Of a DNA stretch of 64,000 bases, positions 39,889 to 53,000 are shown one piece after another (the stretch's first letter is position 1; the number at the start of each line of letters is the position of its first letter). The position numbers and the translations under genes are program-made. The stretch is from assembly GCF_009914755.1 (NCBI RefSeq), contig NC_060934.1. One strand, written 5' to 3'. Source of the DNA: the human T2T-CHM13v2.0 reference genome, Homo sapiens. Under the pieces are notes generated by a model. That model saw only the letters and a program-made list of their open reading frames with translations. It had not been told where the DNA came from and made no database searches.

Positions 39889-40679
39889 GACAAAATATGA
39901 ATTTTTAAAGACCAAACACATCAGAACAAACCAGCTAACTTGACTTTTAAAAACCACTTGATTTCACACAGGTCTCAGATGGAGCAAAAGTAAAAAAAAA
40001 AAAATTAAAAAATAAAGACATCCCACTTGAATTCTAGACAAAATTTTATATTATCTAATGGAAATGTTTTTTAAACCACATAAACTGATGAGACATATCC
40101 TTTATCCTCTGAAAGAAAGAAGAAAAAAACAATATTTACTAGCTGAACAAAATGCCTTGAGTGAAATATCTGTGAGCATACATTTTTAATTTCCTAAGAT
40201 GAAAACACTTTTGAGCAAGGAGCTCTCAAAAAAATGTCCTGATGTTCTCCTAATACACCAAGAAATAAAATCTGTCAAAGTGCTGAGATTCTTATAGGTT
40301 TTGGTACATGTTCCCAGTTGATTTGATCTGGCTCCAGATGAAACATATTATTTAAGCAAGATAGTAATCAAGGTAACTAACAATTTTAAAAATTACTTCA
40401 AAGCATATACTAAGGCTTGACTAGTGTGTATTTATTCTCTTTCCATTATTTCTAGAAGGAGAAACAATTTCATTATATTTTAAGTTGTATCGAAGCATTT
40501 GTTCTGGAACTTTCTGATGCATTAGCAGATTCTACCTTTAATATAGTCATATGTGTAGGTGTATTATCATGCCTGCTAGACCAGAAGAAGTGAAAGCCTG
40601 AATTGGTTATCGCATTCCCTTTTGGAGATTAAAAAATAGCATTACAACTATCTGTGTTGCATTTCAAGCTAAACCCATA

Positions 40680-40830
40680 CTTTCATATAAATTGTTTCAC
40701 TTGGTCTACATAATAATCCTGTGAGGAAAACAGGGCAGCAATTACTGCCCCATTTCATGGATGAGGAAATTGGCTTAGAAGAGTTAAGTGGCTTACTCAA
40801 AGGCACATGGCTGAGCAGTTATGGACCTCT
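40680..40830 (-). mobile_element. MIR
   Basis: ccccatttcatggatgaggaaattggcttagaagagttaagtggctt. Confidence 0.7.
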
Positions 40831-41008
40831 GACTCATAACTAAGCCCAGTTCAAGAAAACACGTATTTATTCAGTGTTTTAAAATTATCACCCTAAGTCT
40901 TTTGGGTTCAAGGTAGTATACATATGGCAGACTAATGAACAAAAAGAAAAGTAACATTTATACAGTATTTATTATACAAGAGTCCCTCTCATAAGAACTT
41001 TATAGATA

Positions 41009-41133
41009 ATAGGGTCATTATAGATTTATCTCATTTAACCCCATAGCGACCTTGTTAACAGTGAGATAAATCTGTAATGACCCATAACAACCTTGTTATG
41101 CAGTTAAATAAGATAAATCTATAATGACCCTAT
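41009..41133. repeat. 31-bp inverted repeat (1 mismatch) with internal partial third copy
   Basis: 41009-41039 atagggtcattatagatttatctcatttaac pairs with 41103-41133 gttaaataagataaatctataatgaccctat. Confidence 0.9.
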
Positions 41134-41402
41134 GTCATTGTCACGTCACAGATGAAGCCGCCGAGGCACAATGCAGATGATTAATTTGTATAGAATCACT
41201 GACGCATTTTTTAAAGAAATTAAACAATTAATTAGTGTGTATTCATACTAGTTGTACATATTTATGAGGCAATTTTGATTTTAGAGTCCATGTTCTTAAC
41301 CACTATACATATTTGCCTCCAGAGATTCCAAAACTTACGGACATCTTTTCATTATGCTACACAGTCTCCCATGAGCAGAGTATGAAAAAAATCCAGATAT
41401 GA

Positions 41403-41764
<362 letters not shown>

Positions 41765-42011
41765 CTATCTCTACATCTACCTATCTATACATACACCTTA
41801 TGCTGAGGGTCTTGAATATGATTGATAATCACATTCTGTGTGGCTAATTGCATTTAGGCCAGGACTCAAAAAAAAAAACAAAACATGAAATAAACCAAAA
41901 TAACCTAGATGAGTGAGAAATTCTAAGTTTGAATTTTAACTGGGGAGGAAAAAAGATAAAGAAAACTTCACAGATTGGAGGCCACTTATCTCCACATTTA
42001 ACTTTCAAAAC

Positions 42012-42051
42012 CTTTCTCAAAATATCTTTGTATTTAAAAGAATCCATCAGT
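42012..42051 (-). CDS. Weak candidate 40-nt exon, phase 2-0 (LMDSFKYKDILRK)
   Basis: ctattttctctcctctctttgcaaag| strong acceptor; AAG|gttttg weak donor. Confidence 0.22.
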
Positions 42052-44499
42052 CTTTGCAAAGAGAGGAGAGAAAATAGACTTGAGTAAGATGTTTCCTTCT
42101 GTGTGCTGTGTGACTCAGGACACATGCTTCTTCTGTGCAATGCTTTACCATCATCTGCCAAAGACGTGTGTGCAAATATCAGTCTTGCAAACAGACAATA
42201 TTTGCACTACATTGAGGCTAACCTGCCATCTGCTTATCAGATGTTCGGAGTCCAAATTGTACAGTTTTCCTTGTGTTTCCCCTAATGACAAATGGAATGC
42301 TGGGGCTCTGATTACAAGTGTCTGTGCACAGGACTAATACTACATCCCTAGGTAGAGTAATGGAAACAGTGCATCTAGGGGAAATGGCTTATATATTGAC
42401 ATTGTTTAAAGAAAACAGAATTATTTTCTGTGGCTCAGGTTCACATGAAATATAAACCTCCTAGTTCACTAAAGTGTGATATATTTTTCTCAAAATTTGG
42501 AGAACCACTGATGTTCTGGACAACTGTATTTCAGTGTTAGGCCTAGCCGAATATATCAACTAAAAATGCAATCACAGTGAAAAATTCTAATGATATGCAT
42601 TATTTCTGAATAAGCAAATGCCAGAAGCACAATCCCAACATATTATGAATGATGTGATTGACTACCAGGGTTGCTCGCAGCCCATAGCTTCAGGTAACAC
42701 AGCTGTCTCCTCCCATTAATGAGAAAAGAGATAGCATTTTCTGTTTAAAATTAATAACTGTAACACTCCGGGATTATAGGAAAAATTCTAAGTGTTTCAC
42801 ACAAAGTGCTTCACAAAATTTTACTGAAGTTCAACAAAATCATTATATAACAAATACATATGAGAAATTCTTCTTTATGGCTTATTCTATTGAATTGCCT
42901 ATTCATTTTTGCCTTCCCAGAATCCACAATTTTCAGCAAGATGAATATGAGCAGAAATAAAAATGCCCTTTCTATTTAATACCCCCTGCTTTCAATTAAA
43001 AGAAAACTGGTTAGTCATTTAGTACCTTAGAATATTTCTTACTTATAATGAATTAGGCATTAATTATATTCTTCTATATAACCAAAACAATTTTTTAGCA
43101 ATGGACAACACTATTATTTTCTAATTCATGTTACTTTTTTTAAGCATGCCTTTGGGCATTGGATCACTATCAGCAATGTGCAGAGAATATCATCATCCTT
43201 TGAAAAGCTGTACTACTGATGTACTTTACAGATAAATAGTAAAAATGTTTAATGTACACCTAAAACACAATTGAAATAAATGCCATTTCAGGAATTTGAA
43301 AGTGTGTTGAGGTTACCAAGATTATCTGTGATCCTTTTCAAACAGCAATAATTTACTCAAAAGGCTGTCATGTCTGCTTACAAGACTGTGCAGATAGTTG
43401 ACATAGATGAAATTAGTATTAATATATTCATTTTAATTTCTACCCATTTACTGTCTTACTAAGGGTAATTTAACTCAGAAATGCCGTCATAATAGGGTGA
43501 TAATCTGATAATCCGGGGTGCAGTGGAGGCAGGGAAGAAAGGAAGAAAAAAGGAAAAACAATGACAATAAATGGCACAGGCAAGAAGAAAGCAATAATGT
43601 AATAATTACTACCATGTTTTGTTCAATTATCACCGAAAAATCCAGAAAGATATGAAAGGTGAGCAAAGGTTCTACCATGTTTTTGTAAAGAAATAAAAGC
43701 TCACTGAAATATTAGGGAGAAATGGAATCAAAAGTACCAATGAAAAAAGCAAAAATAAGATAATTTAAAAAGAAATTAGAATAAGAAAAAACTAGGAAAT
43801 AACGTTCTTTACATGTGAATAATTTCTTTTTGGTTGAGTTGTAAATCACATATCTGTTATTCAAAAATATTTCCTGATTCATTTGAAAAGAAAACATATT
43901 GAAAAGGGATCTAAACAAAGGTTGTTTTTTTTTCCCCTCTTTAAATGTTGCTACCTCAAACAAGCTGTAATCTGAGTATTAAAGTACAAAACACTTAGGA
44001 AATATAATTTTCCATGATTACTTTGAGCTTCCTGTAAGTGTAACAGTTTTTTTACTACAGTTTTCCTCTCTAAAGACAGAAATGCACCGTATGGGCGCAA
44101 GGATGCTCATGCCATAGCCTATGCTCAAAAGAGGATTCTTAGTCTACATTCCAGATTCAGCTGGAGTCTATATTAACTGCATCCATTCTTTTAATGTTGG
44201 CCATCTTGTATGGGTTGGATGTCCCAAGAAGCCACTTAACTATGGGTGTGATTGTCTATTCAAGAACCTAGAAAAAATGGTAAACTGGTTACATAACAAA
44301 TAACACATCTTGATCTAAGTTGAGAGGACTGGAGTCTTCTAGCTATATTATTTGAAAAAATGCAATCATGATTTAGTGACAAATTGAATAGCAACTTCAT
44401 TAACCAGAATTTGACTGTAAACCCATGCACCGTCCTAGCCAGTATCTCTTTTCTCCGGAAGAGAGGCATGGGAGGAGGGGAGAGAAAAAGGTGAGCTAT

Positions 44500-44990
44500 A
44501 CTACTTTAGAGTCTTATGCTAGTTCTGTGAGGTAAATGTAACTACTATTTCCTTTATTTAACAAACAAAAAATGAGGCTCAAAAATTTAAACAACTTGTG
44601 CCAAAGTCACAGAGGTAAGAAATACTAGGGCAGGAATTGCTCCCATGTCTGTGTACCTTTAAAATTCACTTTGCAGCTGCACAGCTGATAAGTCTGCTCA
44701 GAAGATTTAAATTATAAGAGGAAAAAATGCCTTGCATCCCTGGCACTGTGCCTAGTTCTTTCCCCAAACTGAAAATGATACTTGCAATTTTTTGAGCCCT
44801 CACCATGTATCTGGATCATTTCAATTAATCTTGACAATGCTGGTCAAGGGACTATTATTAGTCTCATTTTGAAGATGAAGCTTAGAGAGGTAAAATAACT
44901 TGCCCCATATCCTACAGCTGGTGGGAGACAGAGATGGCATTCTCACCAGCTCTCTCTAAACTCCAAAGCCTGTGCTCTTCCCATTTATTC
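44500..44990 (-). mobile_element. Two MIR fragments (~44500-44670 and ~44780-44990)
   Basis: aatgaggctcaaa..aacttgtgccaaagtcacag; ctcattttgaagatgaag..ataacttgccc. Confidence 0.6.
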
Positions 44991-45467
44991 CATTCTGCTT
45001 TCTCTCCAGGAGTCTTCATAATAACTCTGAGTTCAGCAGCTGTTTTCAATGAGGATATAGGCTCAAAGCAAATACAACATAACCGGTACATGGTTAGATT
45101 TCTAAGCCTCTTGCCATTCCGCCTTGTGGACAAGGACATCAAATACAATGAAAAATGGGTGCCCCGCAAATCAATACATCTGTTCTTTAATACCTGTGAT
45201 CACAGCTGTGAAATAGGCTTAATACACAGCCTGAAAATATTGTTGTGAAAATAACTGTGTGTTTGGCTGTTAAGTAAAGTTCAGCTGGACACATGATCTA
45301 GTAAGAGGTGCTAGGCTGCTGCATGCAAAGGAATTCCATTAGAAAAGACAGAGAGGTATGGGAGGAAACCGAGCACAAAGCAGTGTGTCCATTGATGAGA
45401 GAAGTCACTCCCACTTCGCCCACAGATGGTGGCATTAATAAAGATATCTTGTACAATCCAATGATGT

Positions 45468-45612
45468 GAATCTCAATCTTCAGCATGGATAAGAATCACT
45501 GGGGAGCTTGTTAAGAATACAGTTTTAGTGTCATCTCACCTAAGATTCTGATTCAATTAAGTCTGGGGTGGTGCCCAGGAACCTGAATTTTATAAACATC
45601 CCAGCTGGTTTT
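45468..45612. mobile_element. MER5-family DNA transposon
   Basis: agaatcactggggagcttgttaa...gattctgattcaatt..gtctggggtgg. Confidence 0.75.
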
Positions 45613-45629
45613 TTGATTATTATTACTAT

Positions 45630-48088
45630 TGGTTTCTACTTTATTCTAGGTTTAGTGGTTACACATACAGGCTTGTTACATGGGCAAATTGCGTGTCACT
45701 AAGGCTTGATGTATGAATGAGCCCATCACCAAGGTAGTGAGCATAGTACATAACAGGTAGCCTTCCAATCCATGCCCCCCCACCACCCTCCCCAATGAAG
45801 CAGTCTCCAGAGTCTTTGTTCCTATCTTTGTGTCCATTTATATTCAATGTTGAGCTTCCAATTATAAGCGAAAACATGTGGAATGTGGTTGTCTGTTCCT
45901 GCACTAGTTTGCTTAGGATAATGACCTCCAGCTACATTTCATGTTGCTGCAAAGAACATGATTTCATTCTTTTTTATGGCTGTGCAGTATTCCGTGGTCT
46001 ATATGTACCACAATTTCTTTATCTGGTCCACTGTCAATGGGCATCTTGGTTGATGCCATGTCTTTGCTATTGTGAATAGCATTGTGATGAACATATGAGT
46101 GCATGCATCTTTTTGGTAGAATGATTTATTTTCCTTTGGGTGTATACCCAATAGTGGAATTGTTGGGCCAAATGATAGTTCTGTTTCAAGTTCTTTGAGA
46201 AATCTCCACACTGCTTTCCACAGTGGCTGAACTAACTTATATTCCTACCAGCAGTGTATAAGCGTTCCCTTTTCTCTGCAGCTTAAACAGCATCTGTTGT
46301 TTCTTAACTTTTTAATAATAGCTATTCTGACTGATGTGAGATAGTATCTCATAGTTTGAAATTTAATTTCTCTAGTGATTAGTCATAATGAACATTTTTT
46401 CACGTATTTGTTGGCCACATGTATGTCTTTTTTTGAGAAGTGTCTCTTCTTGTCCTTTGCCCACTTTTAAATGCAATTAATATATTTTTGCTTACTGATT
46501 TAAGTTCCTTACAGATTCTGGATAATAGGCCTTTGTCAGATGCACAGTTTGCTAATATTTTCTCCCATTCGGAAGGTTGTCTGTTTATTCTATTGATAGT
46601 TTCTTTTATTGTGCAAAAGCTCTTTAAGTTAATTAGGTCCTTCTTGTCAATTTTTGTTTTTGTTGCAATTACTTTTGGGAACTTAGTCATAAATTCTTTG
46701 CAAAGGCCCATGTCCAGAATGGTATTTCCTAAGTTTTCTTCTAGGGTTTTTATTGTTTTAGTTCTACTTTTAAGTTTTTAACCCATCTTGAGTTAATTTG
46801 GGTATATGGTGAAAGGAAGGGGTTCAGTTTCAATCTTTTGCATATGGCTAGCCAGTGATCCCAGCACCACTTATTGACTAGAGGGTCCCTTCCCCATTGC
46901 TTGTTATCGTCAACTCTGCTAAAGGACAGGTGGTTGTAGGTTTGTGGCTTTATCTCAGGGTTCTCTAACCTGTTCTATCAGTCTGCCTGTTTTTGTACCT
47001 GAATCATGCTGTTTTGGTTACTGCAGCCTTGTAGTATAGTTTTAAGTCAGGTAGTGTAATGCCTCTGGCTTTGTTCTTTTTGCTTAGGCTTGCTTTGGTG
47101 ATTCAGTCTTTTCTTTGATTCCATATGAATTTTAGAATAACTTTTTCTAATTCTGTGAAAAATGTATTGGTACTTTGATAGGAATAGCATCTAATATGTA
47201 AGTTGCTTTTGGCAGTATGGTCACTTTAACAATTCTGATTCTTCCTATCCATGGAATAGGAAGAATATTTTTCCATGTGTTTGCATTGTCTCTGATTTCT
47301 CTCAGCATTGTTTTGTAATTCTCTTTGCAAGGTTCTTTAAGGTCCTTAGTAAGCTGTATTCCTAGGTATTTTATTCTTTTTGTAGCTTTTGTAAGTGACA
47401 CTGTGTTCATAATTTCGTTCTGAGCTTGGACATTATTGGTGTATAGAAATGCTACTGATTTTTACTCATAGATTTTATACTCTGAAACTTTACTAAGGTC
47501 ATTTATCAGTTCTAGAAGCCTTCTGGCAGAATCTATGGGGTTTTCTAAGCAGAGTCATGTTGTCTTCCAAGAGTGAGTTAGACTTCCTCTCTATTTGGAT
47601 GCCTTTTATTTCTTTGTCTTACCTGATTACTTTGGCTAGGATCTCCTTTACTATATTGAATAGGAATGGTGAGTGTGGGCATCCTTGTCTTATTTCACTT
47701 CTCAAGGGGAATGCTTCCAGCTTTCACCTAATTGCTATGATGTTGGCTATGGGTTTGTCATAAATAGCTCTTAAAATTTAGAGATATGTTCTATTGATGC
47801 CTAATTTCTTGAGGGTTTTCAGCACGAAGGAATGTTCAACTGTATCAAAGGCTATTTCTTTGCCTATTGAGATAATGATGTGGTTTTTGTTGGTAATTCT
47901 ATTTATGTGGTGAATCACATGTATTGATTTGCCTATGTTAAACCAACATTGCATCCCAGGAATAAACCCTACTTGATCACCGTAAATTAACTTTTTGATG
48001 TGCTGTTAGATTCAGTTTACTAGTACTTCATTGAGAAAATTTTGCATCTCTGTTCATTGGGGATATTGGCCTGATATTTTTCTTTCTT

Positions 48089-48119
<31 letters not shown>

Positions 48120-48545
48120 GTCTCTGTCACGTTTTGGTATCAGAATGATGCTGGCTTCAAAGAATAAGCTAGAGAATCCCTTCTCAAATTTTGGAATAAT
48201 TTCAGTAGGATTAGTACTAGCTGTTTTTTGTATGTCTGGTAGAATTCAGCTGTGAATCCATCTGCTCTAGGCCTTTTTTTTTTTTTGGTTGGTAGGCTTT
48301 TTATTACTGATTCAATTTCAGAACTGATTATTGGTCTGTTCAGGATTTTAATTTCTTCCCAGTTCTTGGGAGGGTGAATTTCCAGGAATTTATCAATTTC
48401 TTTCAGTTTTTCTAGTTTGTGTGCATACAGCTGTTCATAATAGTCTCTGAGGATTTTTTGTATTTCTTTGAGATCACCTGTAAAGTCACGTTTTTCATTT
48501 CTGATTGTATTTATTTGGTTCTTCTCCTTTTATTAATCTAGTTAT
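45630..48545 (-). mobile_element. 5'-truncated L1PA15/16-like element
   Basis: 3' end ttgttacatgggcaaattgcgtgtcac...gtagtgagcatagtac; ORF-track peptides 45999..46211, 46400..46711 and 47147..47410 are ORF2p remnants. Confidence 0.88.
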
Positions 48546-48949
48546 TAATTTATTATTTCCCTAAATAGTCACAAACCTAATTTGTCAAGTTATAGCTCAG
48601 TTGCATTACAAAAGAAGTTCTTACATCAAGTATTACAGAAGAATCAGTAGTATTTGCTTGGGCAGTACATGCCATCAGATTATGAATGGATTATAAATGC
48701 AAACTGACGTGTGACTTTTAAAATACCATGATCTATCCAATTTGAAAGAGACCATTAAAGTGGAGATTTCAACTCCTACCACTATAACTCTAAAGTATGA
48801 TCTTTACTTTGGCAGAATATTACAGACTTAGAGGTATTGTTTTTATCACTTGGTTTTGTTTTTATCCATAGCAAAGCCTTCAATAATATTTCAGGCCACA
48901 GAGAAAATAATACAAGTTTTTGCATTGTTGATACTTCAACCAAGATAGT

Positions 48950-50075
48950 CATTCTTTTAATGTAGGTCTGCTGGTGTCAAATTATTTTATTGTTCCTTCA
49001 TCTCCGAGAATTTCTTGATTTCTCCTTTATTTCTGAAGAGTATTTATTACTGGATATAGGATCCTGAGTTGACAAAATTTTTTCTTTCAGCACTTCAAAA
49101 CTATTGTAATTTTTGCTGGCTTCCCTGGTTTCCGATGAGAGATCCAGTGTCATCTGAACGTTCTTTTTTCCACAGAGAATGTGATATTTATTTCTGACTG
49201 CTTTAAACATTTGTCTTTAATTTTCAGAAGTTTGTCTATGGTGTGATTTCATGTGGATTTCTTTGGGCTTATCATGTTTGGGGTTTGCATTATAGTCCCA
49301 TACATTTCTGAGGTTGTGTTTTGTTTTTGTTTTCTTTAAAGTCTATTTTGTCCCTGTTGTTTACATTGTGTAATTTCTATTTGTATTATTTTTCAATGGA
49401 CTGGTTCTTTTCTCTGTCTCCTCTGTTCAGCTATTGAGCCCATATGTTGACTTTTTAAATTATTATTTTATTGGTTAATATTTTTAGTTCTAACATTTCT
49501 ATTTCATTCTTCTTTGATTTCTTTGCTGTAACATTCTATTTTTTTATTCTCCTTTGGCGACATTCTTCCCCTTCGCTTATTTTTATTTTTAATTTTTATG
49601 GCTACATAATTGTACATATTAATGGGGTACATGTGCTATCTTGATATGAGCATACAATGTATAATAAAATCTAGGTAATTTGAATATCGATTATCTCAAA
49701 CATTTATCATTTCTTTGTGTTGGGAACATTCCAAATCTTCTCTTCAACCAATTTTGAAATAGGTGATATTTTTTCATTTGTTCAAGGATGTTTATGATTG
49801 TTCATTCATTTTTATGATGGCTACTTTGAAATCTTTGTAAGATAATTCTAACATCGCTGTCATCTATTAAATGTATTTTTTTATTCAGCTTGAGATCTTC
49901 CTGGTTCTTGATATGACAAGTGATGTTTGAATGAGATGGAGACATTTTGGTTATTATGTTAAAAGACTATGGATCATATTTAAAATTCTGGATCACATTT
50001 CTGCTTTAGTTGGCTTCTTCTGAAACTGCTTTGGCAGAGGAAGAAGAGGGTTGCCTCATTACTGCCTGGTGAGGG
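48950..50075 (-). mobile_element. Old L1M ORF1/5' region with nested L1MA 3' end (~49575-49760)
   Basis: ORF 48998..49210 resembles ORF1p (DLSSETREA..FEVLKEK); gtacatattaatggggtacatgtg is an L1MA tail. Confidence 0.65.
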
Positions 50076-50079
50076 TAAT

Positions 50080-53000
50080 CTTTAGGGGTAAAAGTGGTTC
50101 TCAGTTACATGGATGAATTGTATAATGGTGAAGTCTAGGATATTAGTGCATGCATTATCTGAATAGTGCATATTGTACTCAATAGGTAGTTTTTCATTTT
50201 TACCCCCTCACCCCTTTTAAGTCTTCGATGTCTATTATACCACTTGGTATGCCTTTGCATACCCATAGCTTAGCTCCCACTTATAAGAGAGAACCTTCAG
50301 TATCTCGTTTTCAATTCCTGAGTTACTTCACTTAGAATAATGGCCTCTAGTTCCAACCAAGTTGCCACAAAATACATTATTCCATTCTTTTTATGGCTGA
50401 GTAGTATTCCATGATAACATACATCACATTTTCTTTATCCACTCATCAGTTAATGGACATTTAGGTTGACTGCATATCTTTGCAATTGTGAATTGTGCTG
50501 CAATAAACATATGCACACAGGCATCTCTTTGATATATTCATTCCTTTTCTTTTGGGTAGATACCCAGTAGTGAGATTCCTGGATCAAATGGTAGATCTAC
50601 TTTTAGCTTTGAGAAATCTCCATACTCTTTTCCATAGAGGTTGTACTAATGTGTATTTCCACCAGCAGCATATAAGTGTTCCTCTTTCACCACGTCCACC
50701 CGAGCATCTTTTGGGGATTTTTTTTTTTGACTTTTTAATAATGGTTATTCTGGCTCGGGTAAGGTGGTATACATTGTGGTTTTAATTTGCATTTCCTTGA
50801 CAATTAGTGATGTTGAGCATTTATTCATATGTTTTTGACCATTTGTATATTTTTTGAGAAATATCTATTCATGTCTTTTGTCCACATTTCAGTTTTTAAG
50901 TTGTCTGTTTACTGTAATGATTATTTATTTTGCTGTGAAGAAGCTTTTTAGTTTGAGTCCTATTCATTATTTTTGTTTTGTTGGATTTGCTTTTAGGGGT
51001 CTTAGTTATAAATTATTTGCCTATGCTGGTGTCCAGAAGAGTTTTTCCTAGGTACTCTTCTAGATCTTTTATGGTTTCAGGTCTTAGCTTCAGGTCTTTA
51101 GGTCTTTAGTCAAGGTAAAGTTAATTTTTGTATCTAGTGAGAGACAGAGATCCACTGTCTTTCTTCTACATGTGACTATGCAATTTTTCTAGCACCCTTT
51201 ATTGAACAGAATGTCCTTTCCCCGATTTATGTTTTTGTATGTTTTATCAAAGATCAGTTGGTTTTAAGTATTTGGCTTTATTTCTGAGATCTCTATTATG
51301 TTCCATTGATCTACTTTTATACCAGTACCATGCTGATTTGGTTACGTTAGCCTTGTAGTAAAATTTCAAGTTAGGTAATGTGATGCCTCCAGATTTGTTC
51401 TTTTTGTTTAGGTTGCTTTGACTATTTGGGCTATTTTTTGGTTCCATGTGAATTTTAGGATTGATTTTTCTAATTCTGTAAAAAATAGTGTTGGTAATTT
51501 GATAGAAATTGCATTGAATCTGTAGATTGCTTTGGAGTGTATGGTCATTTTCATGATATTGATTCTTCTAACCCATGAGCAAAGAATGTATTTCCATTTG
51601 CTTTTGTCATCTACAATTTCTTTCAGCCGTGTTTTATTTTTCTTGTAGAGATACTACACCTCCTTGGTTAAGTATGTTCTAGCATATTTTATCTTTTTGT
51701 AGCTACTGTAAAAGGGATTGAGTTTTTTATTTGATTTTCAGCTTGGTTGTTGTTGATGTATAGCAGTGATACTGATTTATGCACACTGGTTTTGTAATGA
51801 GATTTTGCTGAATTCATTTATCAGATCTAGGAGTCTTTTGGAAGAATCCTTAGGGCTTTCTAGATATAAGATTATATCATTGGCAAACAAAGATAATTTG
51901 ACTCCATGTTTTACAAATCGAATGCCCTTTATTTATTTCTCTTGTCTGATTGCTCTGGCTAGGATTTCCTGTACTATGTTGAATAGAAGGGATAAAAGTC
52001 AGCATCCTTGTCTTATTTCAGTTAATAGGGGAAATACTTTGAACTTTTTCTCATTCAGTATGATGTTGGCTATGGGTTTGGAATATACAGCTTTAATTAT
52101 TTAGAGGTATGTTTCTTCTATGTCTAGTTTGTTGAGGGTTTTTATCATAAAGTCATGCTGGATTTTATTGAATGCTTTTTCTGCATCTATAGAAATGATC
52201 ATATATTTATTTAAAAAAATTCTGTTTATCTGATGAATCACATTTATTCCCTTGAATTTGTTAAACCATCTCTGCATCCCTAAAGTGAAATCCATGTGAA
52301 TATAGTGGATTATTTTTTTGATGCGCTGTTGGATTTGGTTTGCTACTATTTTGTTGAGCATTTTTGCATCTATATTCATCAGAGATCTGGTCTGTAGTTT
52401 TCTCTTTTTTGTTGTCTTTCCTTTGCTTTGGTACCAGGGTGATACTGGGCTTGTAGAATGTATTAGGGAGGATTCTCTTCTTCTCAATCTTTTGGAATAG
52501 ATTCAATTGAATTAGTACCAATTCTTTGGATGTCTGGTAGAATTTGGCTGTGAATTCATTTGGCCTTGGACTGTTTTTGTTTGTTTGCAGTGTTTTGGTT
52601 TTTGTTGTTGTTGTTGTTGTTGTTGTTTTTCTAAATTACTGATTAAATCTCACTGCTTCTTATTGGCCTCTTCAGGATTTCTAGTTCTTCCTGATTCAAG
52701 CTAGCAGGGGTTGTATGTTTCCAGGAATTAATTCATTTCCTCTAAATTTTCTAGTTTGTGTGCATAGAGCTCTTCACAGTAGTCCCAAATAATCTTTTGT
52801 ATATCTGTAGTATCAGTTGTAATATCTCCATTTTCATTTATAATTAGTCTTATTTGGATCTTCTCTCTTCTTGTCTTGGTTTTAATCTACCTAGTGTTCT
52901 AACAATTTTATCTTTTCGAAGGAGCTATTTTTTGTTTCATTGGTCCTTTGGATTTTTTTTGTTTCAATTTTATTTAGTTCTGCTCTGATTTTTATTATTC

